From an uncultured Spirochaetota bacterium (lineage in GTDB: Bacteria > Spirochaetota > Spirochaetia > SZUA-6 > Fen-1364), in contig CAVTHO010000003.1 of NCBI GenBank assembly GCA_963734545.1, forward strand, positions 96,001 to 160,000: a stretch of 64,000 nucleotides of DNA, written 5' to 3'. Both the position numbers and the translations under genes were made by a program. Of this stretch, positions 31,479 through 42,137 are shown piece by piece (position 1 is the first letter of the stretch; each line of letters begins with the position of its first letter). The notes under the pieces were generated by a model. That model was not told the DNA's origin, searched no databases, and saw only the letters and a program-made list of their open reading frames with translations.

Positions 31479-31903
31479 TGTCCGTCGGAAGCCGTGAAGC
31501 CGCTCTTTCTTTCGGGCCTGAACGAAATGAGCTTGTTGCCCGCGAAGTTCAGGCCGGTATAGACGACCATGGCAAGCACCTGCGCCAGCAGTTTCGGCGT
31601 GTGGAGCTTCTCCACCATGAGCGCGAGAGCGCCGGACTGAACGAGGTAGCAGACGGCAAACACAACGAGAAAGGACGCGCCCTCCTTCAGCAGGGGACGG
31701 CTGCTCTTGAACGTCCAGAGCTTGTTCCAGATGAAACTGTTGACGAGCCCCAGCGCATAGCCGCACACGTTTGAAAGAAGATAGTTGAGCCCCGCGACCT
31801 CCATGAGGATGAAAATGGTGGCGAGCGTGACCAGGGTGTTCATGATGCCGACCAGCCCGAATCTCACGAGCTGTCCGGAGGCTGCGTACCAGCCCGGCTT
31901 CAT
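31460..31903 (-). CDS. GtrA-family flippase-like protein
   Basis: RFGLVGIMNT and NSFIWNKLWTF motifs. Confidence 0.85.
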   Translation of the reverse strand: MKPGWYAASGQLVRFGLVGIMNTLVTLATIFILMEVAGLNYLLSNVCGYALGLVNSFIWNKLWTFKSSRPLLKEGASFLVVFAVCYLVQSGALALMVEKLHTPKLLAQVLAMVVYTGLNFAGNKLISFRPERKSGFTASDGHQGDFR

Positions 31904-32859
31904 GTCCCCGGGTCCTCCGGGGCATTGATGCTTTCCTGAATTATGTATTGCGGCCGCTTCTTGACCTCGTCAAAGACGATTGCAAGATAGGAGCCCAGGA
32001 TACCGAGACAGAGAAGCTGGACTCCGCCGAAAAAGATGATCGAAATCACGGTCGATGCCCATCCTGGCACGAGGGAAACCTCTTGCGAGAAATACGTCAC
32101 CAGGACGTAGACCGCCAGCAGAATGCCGACTGCAATCGAGACAAGCCCGACGGTCGTCGCCAGCTTGAGAGGTTTTGCGCTGAAATACTGGACGCCGTGA
32201 GAGGCGAACTTCAGCATCTTGCGGAAGGGGTACTTGGTCTTCCCGGCGAATCTTTCCTCCCGCTGGTAGGGCAGCGCCACCTGCTTGAAACCCATCCAGT
32301 GGATGAGGCCGCGCAGGTACTCCTTTCTCTCCGGCATTTTTTTGAAGGTATCGATGATTCTGCGATCGATCAGTCGGAAGTCTCCCGTGTCTTTCGGCGG
32401 CTTCTGCGTATCAGACAGGAAGCTGAGGAGGCGGTAGAACCAATATGCGCTCAGTCTCTTGAAAATGCTGTCACCCTTTCTCGAGGTGCGAAGGCCGTAG
32501 ACGATATTTGCCTCCTGCGTGAGGTGGACTCTGACCATGTCGCCTATGAGCTCAGGAGGGTCCTGAAGATCCGCATCTATGATGACGGCAACGTCGCCGG
32601 TACAGTTCTCGATGCCGGCGGCGACGGCGGGCTGATGACCGAAATTGCGGGAGAAGCTGAGGACCCGGACGTCCGGGTCTGCGCGGGCTATCGCGCGCAG
32701 TATTTCCAGGGTGCGGTCCCTGCTTCCGTCGTTGATGAACAGGATTTCCCGGCGGGAGGCCCCCGCATCCTTCAGGGAACGATCCACCCGCGCGTACGTC
32801 GCGGCGATCACTTCCTCTTCGTTGTAGCAGGGAATGATGACGGAGAGCTTGAGATCCAT
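31900..32859 (-). CDS. GT2 polyprenol-phosphate glycosyltransferase, GtrB-like
   Basis: IIPCYNEE, NDGSRD, SRNFGHQ, DADLQDPP and DTGDFRL motifs; two C-terminal TM helices. Confidence 0.9.
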   Translation of the reverse strand: MDLKLSVIIPCYNEEEVIAATYARVDRSLKDAGASRREILFINDGSRDRTLEILRAIARADPDVRVLSFSRNFGHQPAVAAGIENCTGDVAVIIDADLQDPPELIGDMVRVHLTQEANIVYGLRTSRKGDSIFKRLSAYWFYRLLSFLSDTQKPPKDTGDFRLIDRRIIDTFKKMPERKEYLRGLIHWMGFKQVALPYQREERFAGKTKYPFRKMLKFASHGVQYFSAKPLKLATTVGLVSIAVGILLAVYVLVTYFSQEVSLVPGWASTVISIIFFGGVQLLCLGILGSYLAIVFDEVKKRPQYIIQESINAPEDPGT

Positions 32860-32972
32860 GATGGATTCCGGTTGCACGCCGAAATCAGTATAGGTCAGGC
32901 TCATCTGCCTGTCAAATTGAGCCGCGGGGGGGCGTACCGACTTTCGCAGGTTCTGATATACTCACCCGGATC

Positions 32973-34466
32973 ATGGAAGCAGAGCTGGCGATAAACCCCG
33001 CGCGCGTCCTCGGACAGAGAGACCCGAAGATATACGGGCACTTCATCGAACACTTTCACCGACAGATCTACGGCGGCATCTACGCTCCCGGATCCCCGCT
33101 GTCCGACGCGGCAGGCCTTCGACGCGACGTGTGTGAGGCGATACGGGCCCTGCGGCCGCCGATCATCAGATGGCCCGGCGGGTGCTATGTCTCGGCATAC
33201 CACTGGGAGGACGGGGTGGGTCCCACCCGTTCCCCGCGCTTCGACAAGGCGTGGAGGGTCGAAGACAGCAACACTTTCGGCACGGACGAGTTCATCGGCT
33301 TCTGCAGAAAAGTCGGGGCGGAACCCTACATCTGCACGAACGCGGGATCAGGAACGTCCGAGGAGATGAGCAACTGGGTCGAGTACTGCAACCTGGCCGA
33401 TCAGGGCAGATGGGCGCGTCTGCGGAAGGACAACGGATCCGCGGCGCCTCACGGTGTCAGGTACTGGAGCATCGGCAACGAGAACTACGGGGACTGGGAA
33501 ATAGGGGCAAAGACGGCCGAAGAATGGGCCCGGTTCGTCAAGGAATCCGGGAAGATGATGAAGGCCGTGGACCCTTCGATCCAGCTCATGGCCGCGAGCG
33601 TTGCCGAGCTCGACTGGAACCTCCGGCTCCTGCGGGAGGCGGGCAAGGTCCTGGACTGGATATCCATTCACGGCTACTGGGATCCCCTGTGGGAGCGCAA
33701 TGATCTCAGCTCGTATGAAACGTGCATGGCCTTCACGACCACGATCGAGGAGAAGATCACCACGACGGAGCACATACTCGGCGCGCTCGGATTGCTCGGC
33801 AGGATCAGGATCGCGTTCGACGAGTGGAACCTGCGCGGATGGCATCATCCGAACCGCTGGTCGTCGACGGAGGATTTCCTGACTCCCCGGGACAAGAATG
33901 ACCTGAACGCCAGCTACACGATGGCGGACGCCGTTTTCACCGCTTGTTTCCTGAACGAGTGCCTGCGGCACTGCCGGACGGTCGGAATGGCGAATTTCGC
34001 TCCGCTGGTGAACGCACGGGGACTCATTTTCGCGCACGATGCCGGGATCGTCCTTCGATCCACGTATTTCGTCTTCCAGCTTTTCACCCGGCACATGGGG
34101 GACGTGGTCCTGGATTCCTGGCTCAGTCGAAATGCCGATTTCTCCGTGACGCGGCCTGAGGGAGATGTTCTGGTCCCTGCAATCGATGCGGTGGCCACCC
34201 GATCCACCGGCGAAGATGCGCTTCGCATCGCAGTCGTGAACAGGCACCCGGAAATGCCGGTCAGCCTGACGATCAGCGGCACCGCTGTCCACCGATTCTC
34301 GAAGGCGACCGTGCACACCCTCGGCGCGCCGTCAAAGGACTCGTACAACGATACGGACAAGCCCGACGTCGTGGCCCCGGGCCAGGATTCGTACTCCCTG
34401 AAAGAGAGCGACCGGACTCGTCTGGACATCCCGCCGCACTCGGTCTCCGTGATCGTGCTTGCATAG
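32973..34466 (+). CDS. GH51 alpha-L-arabinofuranosidase
   Basis: IYGHFIEH, RWPGG, FGTDEF, IGNE and FDEWN motifs. Confidence 0.9.
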   Translation: MEAELAINPARVLGQRDPKIYGHFIEHFHRQIYGGIYAPGSPLSDAAGLRRDVCEAIRALRPPIIRWPGGCYVSAYHWEDGVGPTRSPRFDKAWRVEDSNTFGTDEFIGFCRKVGAEPYICTNAGSGTSEEMSNWVEYCNLADQGRWARLRKDNGSAAPHGVRYWSIGNENYGDWEIGAKTAEEWARFVKESGKMMKAVDPSIQLMAASVAELDWNLRLLREAGKVLDWISIHGYWDPLWERNDLSSYETCMAFTTTIEEKITTTEHILGALGLLGRIRIAFDEWNLRGWHHPNRWSSTEDFLTPRDKNDLNASYTMADAVFTACFLNECLRHCRTVGMANFAPLVNARGLIFAHDAGIVLRSTYFVFQLFTRHMGDVVLDSWLSRNADFSVTRPEGDVLVPAIDAVATRSTGEDALRIAVVNRHPEMPVSLTISGTAVHRFSKATVHTLGAPSKDSYNDTDKPDVVAPGQDSYSLKESDRTRLDIPPHSVSVIVLA

Positions 34467-34487
34467 CGTGCGGGTGAAGGAGGAGCC

Positions 34488-35267
34488 ATGGAAAGGCTGG
34501 AAGGTCGGACGGCTCTGGTCGCGGGGGGCGGGAGCGGCATCGGACATGCAATCGCCAGCCGGTTTCACCAGGAAGGGGCCTTTGTTTTCATCTGCGGCCG
34601 CCGGGAGGCGAAGCTCGTGGACGCATGCACCGTCATTTCCCCCTCCGGCGAGCGGATAGCCGGAGTCCCGGCCGACGTGACACGGGATGCGGACATCGGC
34701 AGGGTGGTGCGGGAGGTGGGGGCAAGGGCCGGGGGGCTGGATATCCTGGCCAACTGCTCCGGCATGATGCGATTTGGAAAGCTCGAATCCCTCGATCCCG
34801 CCCTGCTCGGCGAGATGTTCAATGCCAATACGTTCGCTCCCTGGAGATTGTCTTCGGCCGTGCTCCCCCTCATGAGGGCGCGCGGAGGAGGCTCCATCGT
34901 GAACATTTCTTCGATCTCGGGGCTGCGCCCGTTCGAAGGAAGCGGCGCCTACTGCATGGCCAAGGCCGCCCTTATCATGATGTCCCAGGTGATGGCGCTC
35001 GAGCTCGCTTCGGAGAATATCAGGGTGAATGTGATCTGCCCCGGGATGGTGGAGGACACGGAGCTGGGGGACGCCATATTCTCCCCGGACCAGGTCCGTG
35101 CGTCCTACGAGAGGTTCCGCCCCCTGCATCCTCTGGGCCGGAACGGGAAACCGGGAGACATCGCGGAAGCGGCTCTTTTTTTCGCCTCGTCGGAAAGCTC
35201 CTGGGCAACCGGATCCGTTCTTCCCCTCGACGGGGGCAGGCACCTCACCACCAACAAGCCGGGCTGA
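34488..35267 (+). CDS. SDR-family oxidoreductase
   Basis: GGGSGIG, NISS, YCMAK and RVNVICPG motifs. Confidence 0.9.
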   Translation: MERLEGRTALVAGGGSGIGHAIASRFHQEGAFVFICGRREAKLVDACTVISPSGERIAGVPADVTRDADIGRVVREVGARAGGLDILANCSGMMRFGKLESLDPALLGEMFNANTFAPWRLSSAVLPLMRARGGGSIVNISSISGLRPFEGSGAYCMAKAALIMMSQVMALELASENIRVNVICPGMVEDTELGDAIFSPDQVRASYERFRPLHPLGRNGKPGDIAEAALFFASSESSWATGSVLPLDGGRHLTTNKPG

Positions 35268-35390
35268 CAACGAAGCTGTTCGGCCTGGCGGTCTGACCGC
35301 GGACAGGGACAGGGGAAGCTCTGCGTCAGCGCGGCCTTCGGCTGTCATCTTTCTCCGGGAAAGGCCTTTTTTGGTCCTGGCCGATTATAG

Positions 35391-35456
35391 TTGACAACTC
35401 TCGATCCGGCGCGATAGGATGGTTCTCGTGGTCTGACAGCTATACCAAGACCATCC
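35391..35456 (+). promoter_or_regulatory. Sigma70 promoter and GntR/FadR-like inverted repeat at the head of the large gene cluster
   Basis: TTGACA-N18-TAGGAT; overlapping inverted repeat GGATGGT...ACCATCC with inner TGGT/ACCA. Confidence 0.55.
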
Positions 35457-35473
35457 AACCGATTGAGGAGAGC

Positions 35474-36200
35474 ATGTTCGAACGCCTGCATTCGCAGAAG
35501 AACTACATGCAGATCGCGCGGCAGATCCGCAATCTGATCCGTGATGGAACCTTGAAGGTGGGGCAGCAGCTCCCGCCCGAACGGGCCCTCGTGGAGCAGT
35601 TCGGCGCTTCCCGGGCGAGCATCCGGGAGGCGTTGAGCGCGCTGGAGATGCTCGGGCTGATCGAGTGCAGGAGCGGACAGGGCAACTACATCAAGGCGGA
35701 CGGCTCCACCGGCACGATCGACGGGGAGATGCTCCGCACCCTGCTGCTGGACCACGACCCCTACGAGATTTTCGAGACCCGTCTCGAGCTGGAGCCCAGC
35801 ATGTCCGCCCTTGCGGCGGAGCGGGCTACCGACGAGGAACGGGACAAGCTGAAGGCCCACGTGGAGACACTGGCCGCGCTCGGCGAGCCGGATCCGCGCC
35901 GAGGGTTTCAAAGACGCGACCATCGAAGAATACATGGAAGAAGACAGGAAGTTCCACCTGCAGATCGGCAGATGCGCCCACAACAATGTGCTTTTCACGG
36001 TTTTTTCAGGGGTGAACCTCATGATGAAAGAGACCCACTGGAAGGCAATGAAGAGCAAAGGGTTGATGGACGAGAGCAATATCACTGCATACGCGGTCGA
36101 GCATGAGGCCATCCTGGCCGCCATATTGTCGAAAGACCCCCGGGCGGCCCAGCGGGAAGCGAAAAAGCACATCCTCATGCTGAAGAAGACTCTGTTTTAA
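35474..36200 (+). CDS. FadR/GntR-family transcriptional regulator (frameshift near 35890)
   Basis: LPPERAL..QFGASRASIREAL HTH; FCD motifs R..LE and D..FH..I. Confidence 0.9.
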
Positions 36201-36228
36201 GAACCGATTTCAATACGGAGGAAGGAAA

Positions 36229-37122
36229 ATGCTTTCAGGGAGCGAAGTCAAAGGAGTCATCCCGGCCCTTGTCACACCGTTCACGAAGAACGACCAGGTG
36301 GACCTGAAGGGCGTGGAGACGATCACGAAGTTCCTCGTGGAGAACGGCGTGCATGCCCTGATGCCCGTGGGCGGGACGGGGGAGTTTCCCAGCCTCCTGC
36401 GGGAGGAAAAGCGGGACGTGGTCGCGGCCGTGGCACGCGTGGCCAAGGGGAAGGTCCCCATCATCCCGGGAACGGCCGCCTGCAGCACGCGCGAGGTGAT
36501 CCTCCTCAGCAACGAAGCGTACGAAGCGGGGGCCGACGCGGTGATCGTGACCGCGCCCTACTACTTCAAGCTCCCCGATGAGTCGCTCATCCAGCACTAC
36601 ACGACCGTGGCGCACAACGTCGACTGCCCTGTTGTCGTGTACAACAATCCCCTCTATACCGGCAATCCCATGAGCCCGCAGCTCATCGCGGGGCTCATGG
36701 CGGTGAAGAACATCATCGGCGTGAAGAACAGCGCCTCTGACATGGGCCAGCTCATCGAAATGATCCGTCTTTCCCCCCAGGGGAAATCCCTGTGCACCGG
36801 CATCGACAGCCAGTTCTACCCGGCGCTGTGCGTGGGGGCCTCGGGTCTCTACTCCACTGCCGCCGGAATCATTCCTGCCCAGATGGTGAAGCTGTACGAG
36901 CTGTTCCTCCAGGGAAAACACGCGGAGGCGCTTGCGCTCAACATGAAGCTCCAATCCTTGAACAGGTACCTCGAGTACGATCCGGGGTACGTGGCCCCGG
37001 CCAAGGAGGCGCTCAATCTGCTGGGTCTTCCCGGCGGGTGCCTGCGCGCGCCCCTGCCCCAGCTTACCGCGGCGGAAAAGGCGGGCGTGAAGGCCGCGCT
37101 CACGACCATCGGGGTCTTATGA
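36229..37122 (+). CDS. DapA/NanA-family class I aldolase/lyase
   Basis: PALVTPF, GGTGE, YNNP and Schiff-base GVKNS motifs. Confidence 0.9.
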   Translation: MLSGSEVKGVIPALVTPFTKNDQVDLKGVETITKFLVENGVHALMPVGGTGEFPSLLREEKRDVVAAVARVAKGKVPIIPGTAACSTREVILLSNEAYEAGADAVIVTAPYYFKLPDESLIQHYTTVAHNVDCPVVVYNNPLYTGNPMSPQLIAGLMAVKNIIGVKNSASDMGQLIEMIRLSPQGKSLCTGIDSQFYPALCVGASGLYSTAAGIIPAQMVKLYELFLQGKHAEALALNMKLQSLNRYLEYDPGYVAPAKEALNLLGLPGGCLRAPLPQLTAAEKAGVKAALTTIGVL

Positions 37123-39189
37123 AGCTCCGAATGGGTGTCGACACCGGAGGCACTTTCACCGACGGTGTGGTGATCGACGCACACGGCGCCATCCACAACT
37201 TCAAGGAGCTGTCCACGCCGAAGGATCCCTCCATCGGCCTGTACAATGTCATCCGCAAGGCCGCCGCGCATTTCGGCAAGGACGTGAAAGGCTTTCTCGG
37301 GGACCTCGACTTCTTCGCGCACGGCACCACCGTGGCGACCAATACGCTTCTCACGGGAACGGGAGCATGCACGGGGCTCATTCTCACGAAAGGGTTCCGT
37401 GACACGCTGGAGATGCGGAGGGCCCACAAGGAAAACATCTGGGACCTCTACCTGCCCGTGGCCCCGCCCCTCGTGCCCCGGCGCCTGCGCATCGGCGTGC
37501 GGGAAAGGATCGACTGCGCGGGGCGCATCGTGCAGCCCCTCGAGGAGCAGGACGTGCGGGACGCGTGCGCGATTTTCAAGCGGGAGGGCGTGAAGGCGGT
37601 GGCCGTGTGCACCCTCTTCTCCTTCCTCAATGACGCGCACGAAAAGGCCATCCAGGCCATCGTCCGGGAGGAGATGCCCGACGCGTTCATCTCCATCTCC
37701 TCCGAGGTGCTTTCCCAGATACGCGAGTATGAGCGCATGTCGACCACCGTGGCGAACGCCTACGTGGGACCCCGGCTGACCGTCTACCTGTCGACCCTCG
37801 AGCGGAAGCTGAAGAATGACGGGCTCTCCCGGGCCTTCTACATCACTGCCTCGAACGCCGGGGTCATGACGGCGGAAACGGCCATTCGCCACGCATCCGC
37901 GACCCTGCTCTCCGGCCCGGCCGCCGGCGCCGTGGGGGGCATATTCTTCGCCGAGCTGCTCGGCCGCGGCAACCTCATCACCATGGACATGGGAGGTACC
38001 TCGTTCGACGTGACCCTGGTGAGCGAGGGCAAGGTGACGCTGAGCACCGAGGGCTCCATTGCCGGCTACCGGATCGCCAAGCCGATGATCGACATCAACA
38101 CGATCGGCGCGGGAGGCGGCTCGATCGCCTGGATCGACGCCGGCGGGATGCTCAAGGTGGGGCCGGCCTCGGCAGGCTCCGACCCCGGGCCCGTCTGCTA
38201 CGACCTGGGCGGAGAAAAGCCCACGGTGACGGATGCGAACCTCCTCCTCGGGTTCCTGGACAAGGACTACTTCCTCGGGGGAGAGATGAAGGTCAACGAG
38301 GGGCGGGCGCGGGCAGCGATGCAGAAGCTGATCGCGGAACCGCTCGGAATGTCCGTCGAGCAGGCGGCCGCGGGCGTGTTCCGGATCATCAACCAGAGCA
38401 TGGCGGATGCCACCAAGGTGGTGTCCGTCCAGCGCGGCCACGATCCGCGCGAGTATGCGCTGGTGAGCGCCGGCGGGGCGTGCTCCATCCATGCGTGCAA
38501 GATCGCGGAGGAGGTCGGCTCCACGACCGTCATTGTGCCGCGGGCGGCCAGCGTCTTCTGCGCGCTGGGCATGCTCGAGTCCGACATCCGCCTGGACACC
38601 TTGAAGACCTGTCACGCGGTGATCCCGGGAATCGATCTGGACGAATTCAACCGGATCATTGCCCAGGCGGAAAAGCAGGCCCTCACGGAGCTGCTGCAGG
38701 AGGGCGTGGAACGGGAGCGCGCGCGGCTGGTCAGGCATCTGGACATGCGCTACGTGGGCCAGCATCACGAGGTGAGCGTCGAGATTCCCTCCGGCTGCCT
38801 CATCGAAGAAAAGCACGTCGCGACAATCTCGGACGCCTTCCACAAGGCCCACGAGAGGCTCTATACGTACGCCACGCCGGAGAATCCGCAGGAGATCATG
38901 AATCTCCGCATCACTGCCGTCGGCGCGGTGGACAAGACGGGGCTTTCCCCGCGCCCCCTCGGAGGGCAGGACGCCTCGAAGGCGCGCAAGGGAACGCGGA
39001 AGCTGCGCTTCCAGGACAGCGACAAATGCGTCGAGGTCCCGGTCTACGACAGGGACCGCCTGGCGCCGGGAAACACGGATACCGGGTCCCGCGGTCATCG
39101 AGGAGCGGATTACCACCATCGTGGTGCACCCCGGCTGGGACGCGCAGGTGGATGCGTTCGAGAACGTGGTGATGGAGGCGCGGGCATGA
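37119..39189 (+). CDS. Hydantoinase/oxoprolinase subunit A, ATP-dependent (frameshift near 39075)
   Basis: DTGGTFTD, HGTTVATN, SGPAAG and DMGGTSFD motifs; true C-terminus GPAVIEE..TTIVV.PGW lies in the shifted frame. Confidence 0.9.
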
Positions 39190-40958
39190 GCGTCGCAGAG
39201 GCAGAATCCGCGAAGAAGGAATTCGAAGGGGCGCGGGACCCCATCACCCTCTCCGTCATCTACAATCGCCTGCTCACGATCAACCAGGAGATGGGGATCA
39301 CCATGATCAACACCTCCATCTCCCCGATCTTCGCGGAGGTGCACGACTTCTCCTGCGCAATCTGCGACTGGGCGAACAGGATCGTGGCGCAGATCGACGG
39401 GGTGCCGTCCCATACCGCCTCGGTCATGGAAGCGGTCAAGGCAGTCGGCCGGGAGTTCGGCGACGACATACACCCCGGCGATGTGTTCGTGCTCAATGAC
39501 CCGTACCTCGGCGGCACGCACCTGCCCGACATCACCATCATGAAGCCCGTCTACTACGAGGGGAAGCTCCAGTTCATCGCCATCAATCGCGCGCATCACG
39601 GCGACGTGGGCGGCATCGAGCCGGGCTCCTACGCGCCGAGCGCCCGCGAGCTCTTTCACGAGGGAATCAGGATCCCGCCGCTGCGCATCTATCGGGACGA
39701 AAAACCCATCATGGACGTGGTGAACATGATCCGCATCAACACCCGGATGCCCGACGCCCTGTGGGTGGACATGAAGGCGCAGGTGGCCTCCTGCCGCGTG
39801 GCGGAAAAGCGGATCCTCGAGCTCCTGGCCAAGTACGGGGTCGAGAAGACGCGCGCGACCATCGAGGACATCCACGGATACGCGGAGCGCCGGATGCGCC
39901 GGGAGATCGAGCGCCTGCCGGACGGCGTCTACAACGGGGAGACATTCCTCGATTCCGACGGATTTACCGACACGCCCATCAGGATCAGGGTGTCCATCCG
40001 CATCAAGGGCGACGAAGCCTGGGTGGATTTCGACGGGTCGGATCCCCAGGTGACCGGATTCGTGAACTCCCCGATGGCCAACACGGCCACCTGCGTGTAC
40101 GTGGCTTTTCTCACCACGGTCACGACACCCGACATTCCCCACAACGAGGGCGTGTACCGGCCGGTGCACATCAGCGCGCCGGAGGGAAGCATCGTGAATC
40201 CCCGGTTCCCCGCGCCGGTGGCCTCCTGCACACTGGACACCGCGTGCGCCATCCTCGAGGCTTGCTGGATGGCGCTTTCCCAGGTGCTGCCGGACAGGGT
40301 CCCCGCCGGCTGGAACAGGTGGAACGGTCCCACGATCACCGGTGTCGATCCGAGGACGAACAACTTCTACGTCATGTTCGGGTTCAATGGGTTCGGCGGC
40401 GCGGGCGGCATGCCCGGCATGGACGGCCGGCACTATATCGGGGACGGCATCGACCTCGGCGGATTGATCGCGCCGAACATCGAGACGAACGAGAGCGACT
40501 ATCCCCACCTCACGGAGTTCAATGAGCTCACCACGGATTCCTGCGGCGCCGGAAAGTGGCGCGGCGGCTGCGGAGCGCGCTACAGGGTGACGCTGCATGA
40601 CGCGAGCCCCACACTGGTGATGTTCGGAGACGGCAAGAAGACGGCGCCCTACGGGCTGTTCGGCGGCCGGCCGGGCTCGTGCAACCTCGCGTTCATCAAC
40701 GAGGGGAAGCCGACCCAGCGGGAGCTCAAGGCCAAGGAGACCGTATCCCTGGCCAGGGGGGACACCTACACGTCCTACCCTTCAGGCGGCGGGGGGTGGG
40801 GGAACCCGTTGGAGAGGGACCCCGAGAGCGTGCGGGACGATGTCCGCAACGAGATCATCTCCCCGCAGAGCGCGGAAAAGATCTACCGTGTGGTCCTCGA
40901 GGGGCCCGCATACACGATCAACAGGGAGCGGACCCTCGCGCTTCGCGGGGCGCGGTAG
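39186..40958 (+). CDS. Hydantoinase B/oxoprolinase subunit
   Basis: ATG overlaps the upstream TGA; DFSCA, NDPYLGGTHLPD, HHGDVGG and GGGGWGNP motifs. Confidence 0.9.
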   Translation: MSVAEAESAKKEFEGARDPITLSVIYNRLLTINQEMGITMINTSISPIFAEVHDFSCAICDWANRIVAQIDGVPSHTASVMEAVKAVGREFGDDIHPGDVFVLNDPYLGGTHLPDITIMKPVYYEGKLQFIAINRAHHGDVGGIEPGSYAPSARELFHEGIRIPPLRIYRDEKPIMDVVNMIRINTRMPDALWVDMKAQVASCRVAEKRILELLAKYGVEKTRATIEDIHGYAERRMRREIERLPDGVYNGETFLDSDGFTDTPIRIRVSIRIKGDEAWVDFDGSDPQVTGFVNSPMANTATCVYVAFLTTVTTPDIPHNEGVYRPVHISAPEGSIVNPRFPAPVASCTLDTACAILEACWMALSQVLPDRVPAGWNRWNGPTITGVDPRTNNFYVMFGFNGFGGAGGMPGMDGRHYIGDGIDLGGLIAPNIETNESDYPHLTEFNELTTDSCGAGKWRGGCGARYRVTLHDASPTLVMFGDGKKTAPYGLFGGRPGSCNLAFINEGKPTQRELKAKETVSLARGDTYTSYPSGGGGWGNPLERDPESVRDDVRNEIISPQSAEKIYRVVLEGPAYTINRERTLALRGAR

Positions 40959-40972
40959 GCAAGGAGGGAGAC

Positions 40973-42109
40973 ATGCAGCAGATCCGCAGGATCGCGGTGC
41001 TGGGTGCGGGAAGCGGCGGCTTCATGTGCGCGGCGGACCTTGGCAGCATGGGGTACGAAGTTGCCCTGTTCTCCCGGGAGCTCGACCGCATACGGGGTGT
41101 GAAGGAAAGGGGGACCATCGAGGTCCTCGACATAGATTCCCGGCCCACCGGGATGTGCGGCAAGGTGGCGCTTGCCACCAGCGACATCAGGGAGGCGGTG
41201 CGCGGCGCGCAGGTAATCCTCAATCCGATTCCCTATTTCGCCTGTGAAGAGTATGCCCGGATGGTGCTGCCCCATCTCGAGGAAGGGCAGGTCGTGATCT
41301 ATCTCGGAAAGGGCGGAGCCTGCCTCACGTGGGCCAAGGTGATGCGCGAGCTCGGGATCCGCAGGAGAGTGTATCTTGCCGACACGAACACCCTTCCGTA
41401 CGGCGCGTCGCGGATGGGTGATCACCAGGTCAGGCTGGAGAACAGGACCCAGAATCTCATCCTCGCAACATTTCCGGGCAGGGACGTCGACGCCGTGGCG
41501 GCAGTGGCGGAGCAGCTGTTCACGAAGGCGCATGGCTATGACATCCGCAGGGGCCAGAACGCCATCGATTCGATCCTCGTGGACTACAACGCCATCACCC
41601 ACACTCCGCCCATGGTCTGCAACGCGGCGCGCATCGAGCTGGGGGAGAAGCCTTTTTTCCTCTTCGGGAAGAGGGAGAACACCCCGTCGGTGGTGCGGCT
41701 GATCGAGCGCATCGACAGGGAGCGAATGGCCATAGGCGAAGCCCTGGGGCTGAAGCAGTGGACGCTCGAGGAAGAGATCAAGATGGTGAAGTGGAATCCA
41801 CACGGCGAGGATTTCGTGCTTCCGCTGTACGAGGCCATCCACACGCCGTTTCTCGAGGTGTGTGAGGGCCCCTACACGCTGGACACCCGGCACCTCAAGG
41901 AAGACATACCCTACGGGCTGGTCACCTATTCGTCCCTGGGCCGGATGCTGGGAGTGCCGACGCCCGTGACAGATGCCATCATCACCATGTCCGAGGTGCT
42001 TCTCTCGAAAGATTTCCGCGCCATGGGCCGGACCGTGCAGTCCATGGGCATCAATCCTTCCTGGTCGCGCAGGAAACTGTCGAAATACCTGCGCGAGGGA
42101 GCAGCGTGA
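40973..42109 (+). CDS. NAD/NADP octopine/nopaline (opine) dehydrogenase family protein
   Basis: IAVLGAGSGG, TNTLPY, ID.ER and EDIPYGL motifs; RBS AAGGAGG. Confidence 0.85.
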   Translation: MQQIRRIAVLGAGSGGFMCAADLGSMGYEVALFSRELDRIRGVKERGTIEVLDIDSRPTGMCGKVALATSDIREAVRGAQVILNPIPYFACEEYARMVLPHLEEGQVVIYLGKGGACLTWAKVMRELGIRRRVYLADTNTLPYGASRMGDHQVRLENRTQNLILATFPGRDVDAVAAVAEQLFTKAHGYDIRRGQNAIDSILVDYNAITHTPPMVCNAARIELGEKPFFLFGKRENTPSVVRLIERIDRERMAIGEALGLKQWTLEEEIKMVKWNPHGEDFVLPLYEAIHTPFLEVCEGPYTLDTRHLKEDIPYGLVTYSSLGRMLGVPTPVTDAIITMSEVLLSKDFRAMGRTVQSMGINPSWSRRKLSKYLREGAA

Positions 42110-42137
42110 ACCACGTTCATACAAGGGGGAAACGAGC

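Noticed and set aside
36229-37122. Calling this gene dapA, or the Mo-enzyme xdhABC, or the transcarbamylase argF
   Set aside because: Family membership is clear, but catabolic context and motif deviations mean the specific substrates cannot be supported.
36849-40598. Long antisense ORFs (1249 aa here; also 8873..10723 and 12930..14396)
   Set aside because: Shadow frames of high-GC genes with no recognisable motifs.
36792-40958. 1388-aa hydantoinase A+B fusion in the ORF track
   Set aside because: The true subunit A C-terminus lies in another frame and ends at TGA 39187-39189, overlapping the subunit B ATG; an indel near 39075 creates the false fusion.
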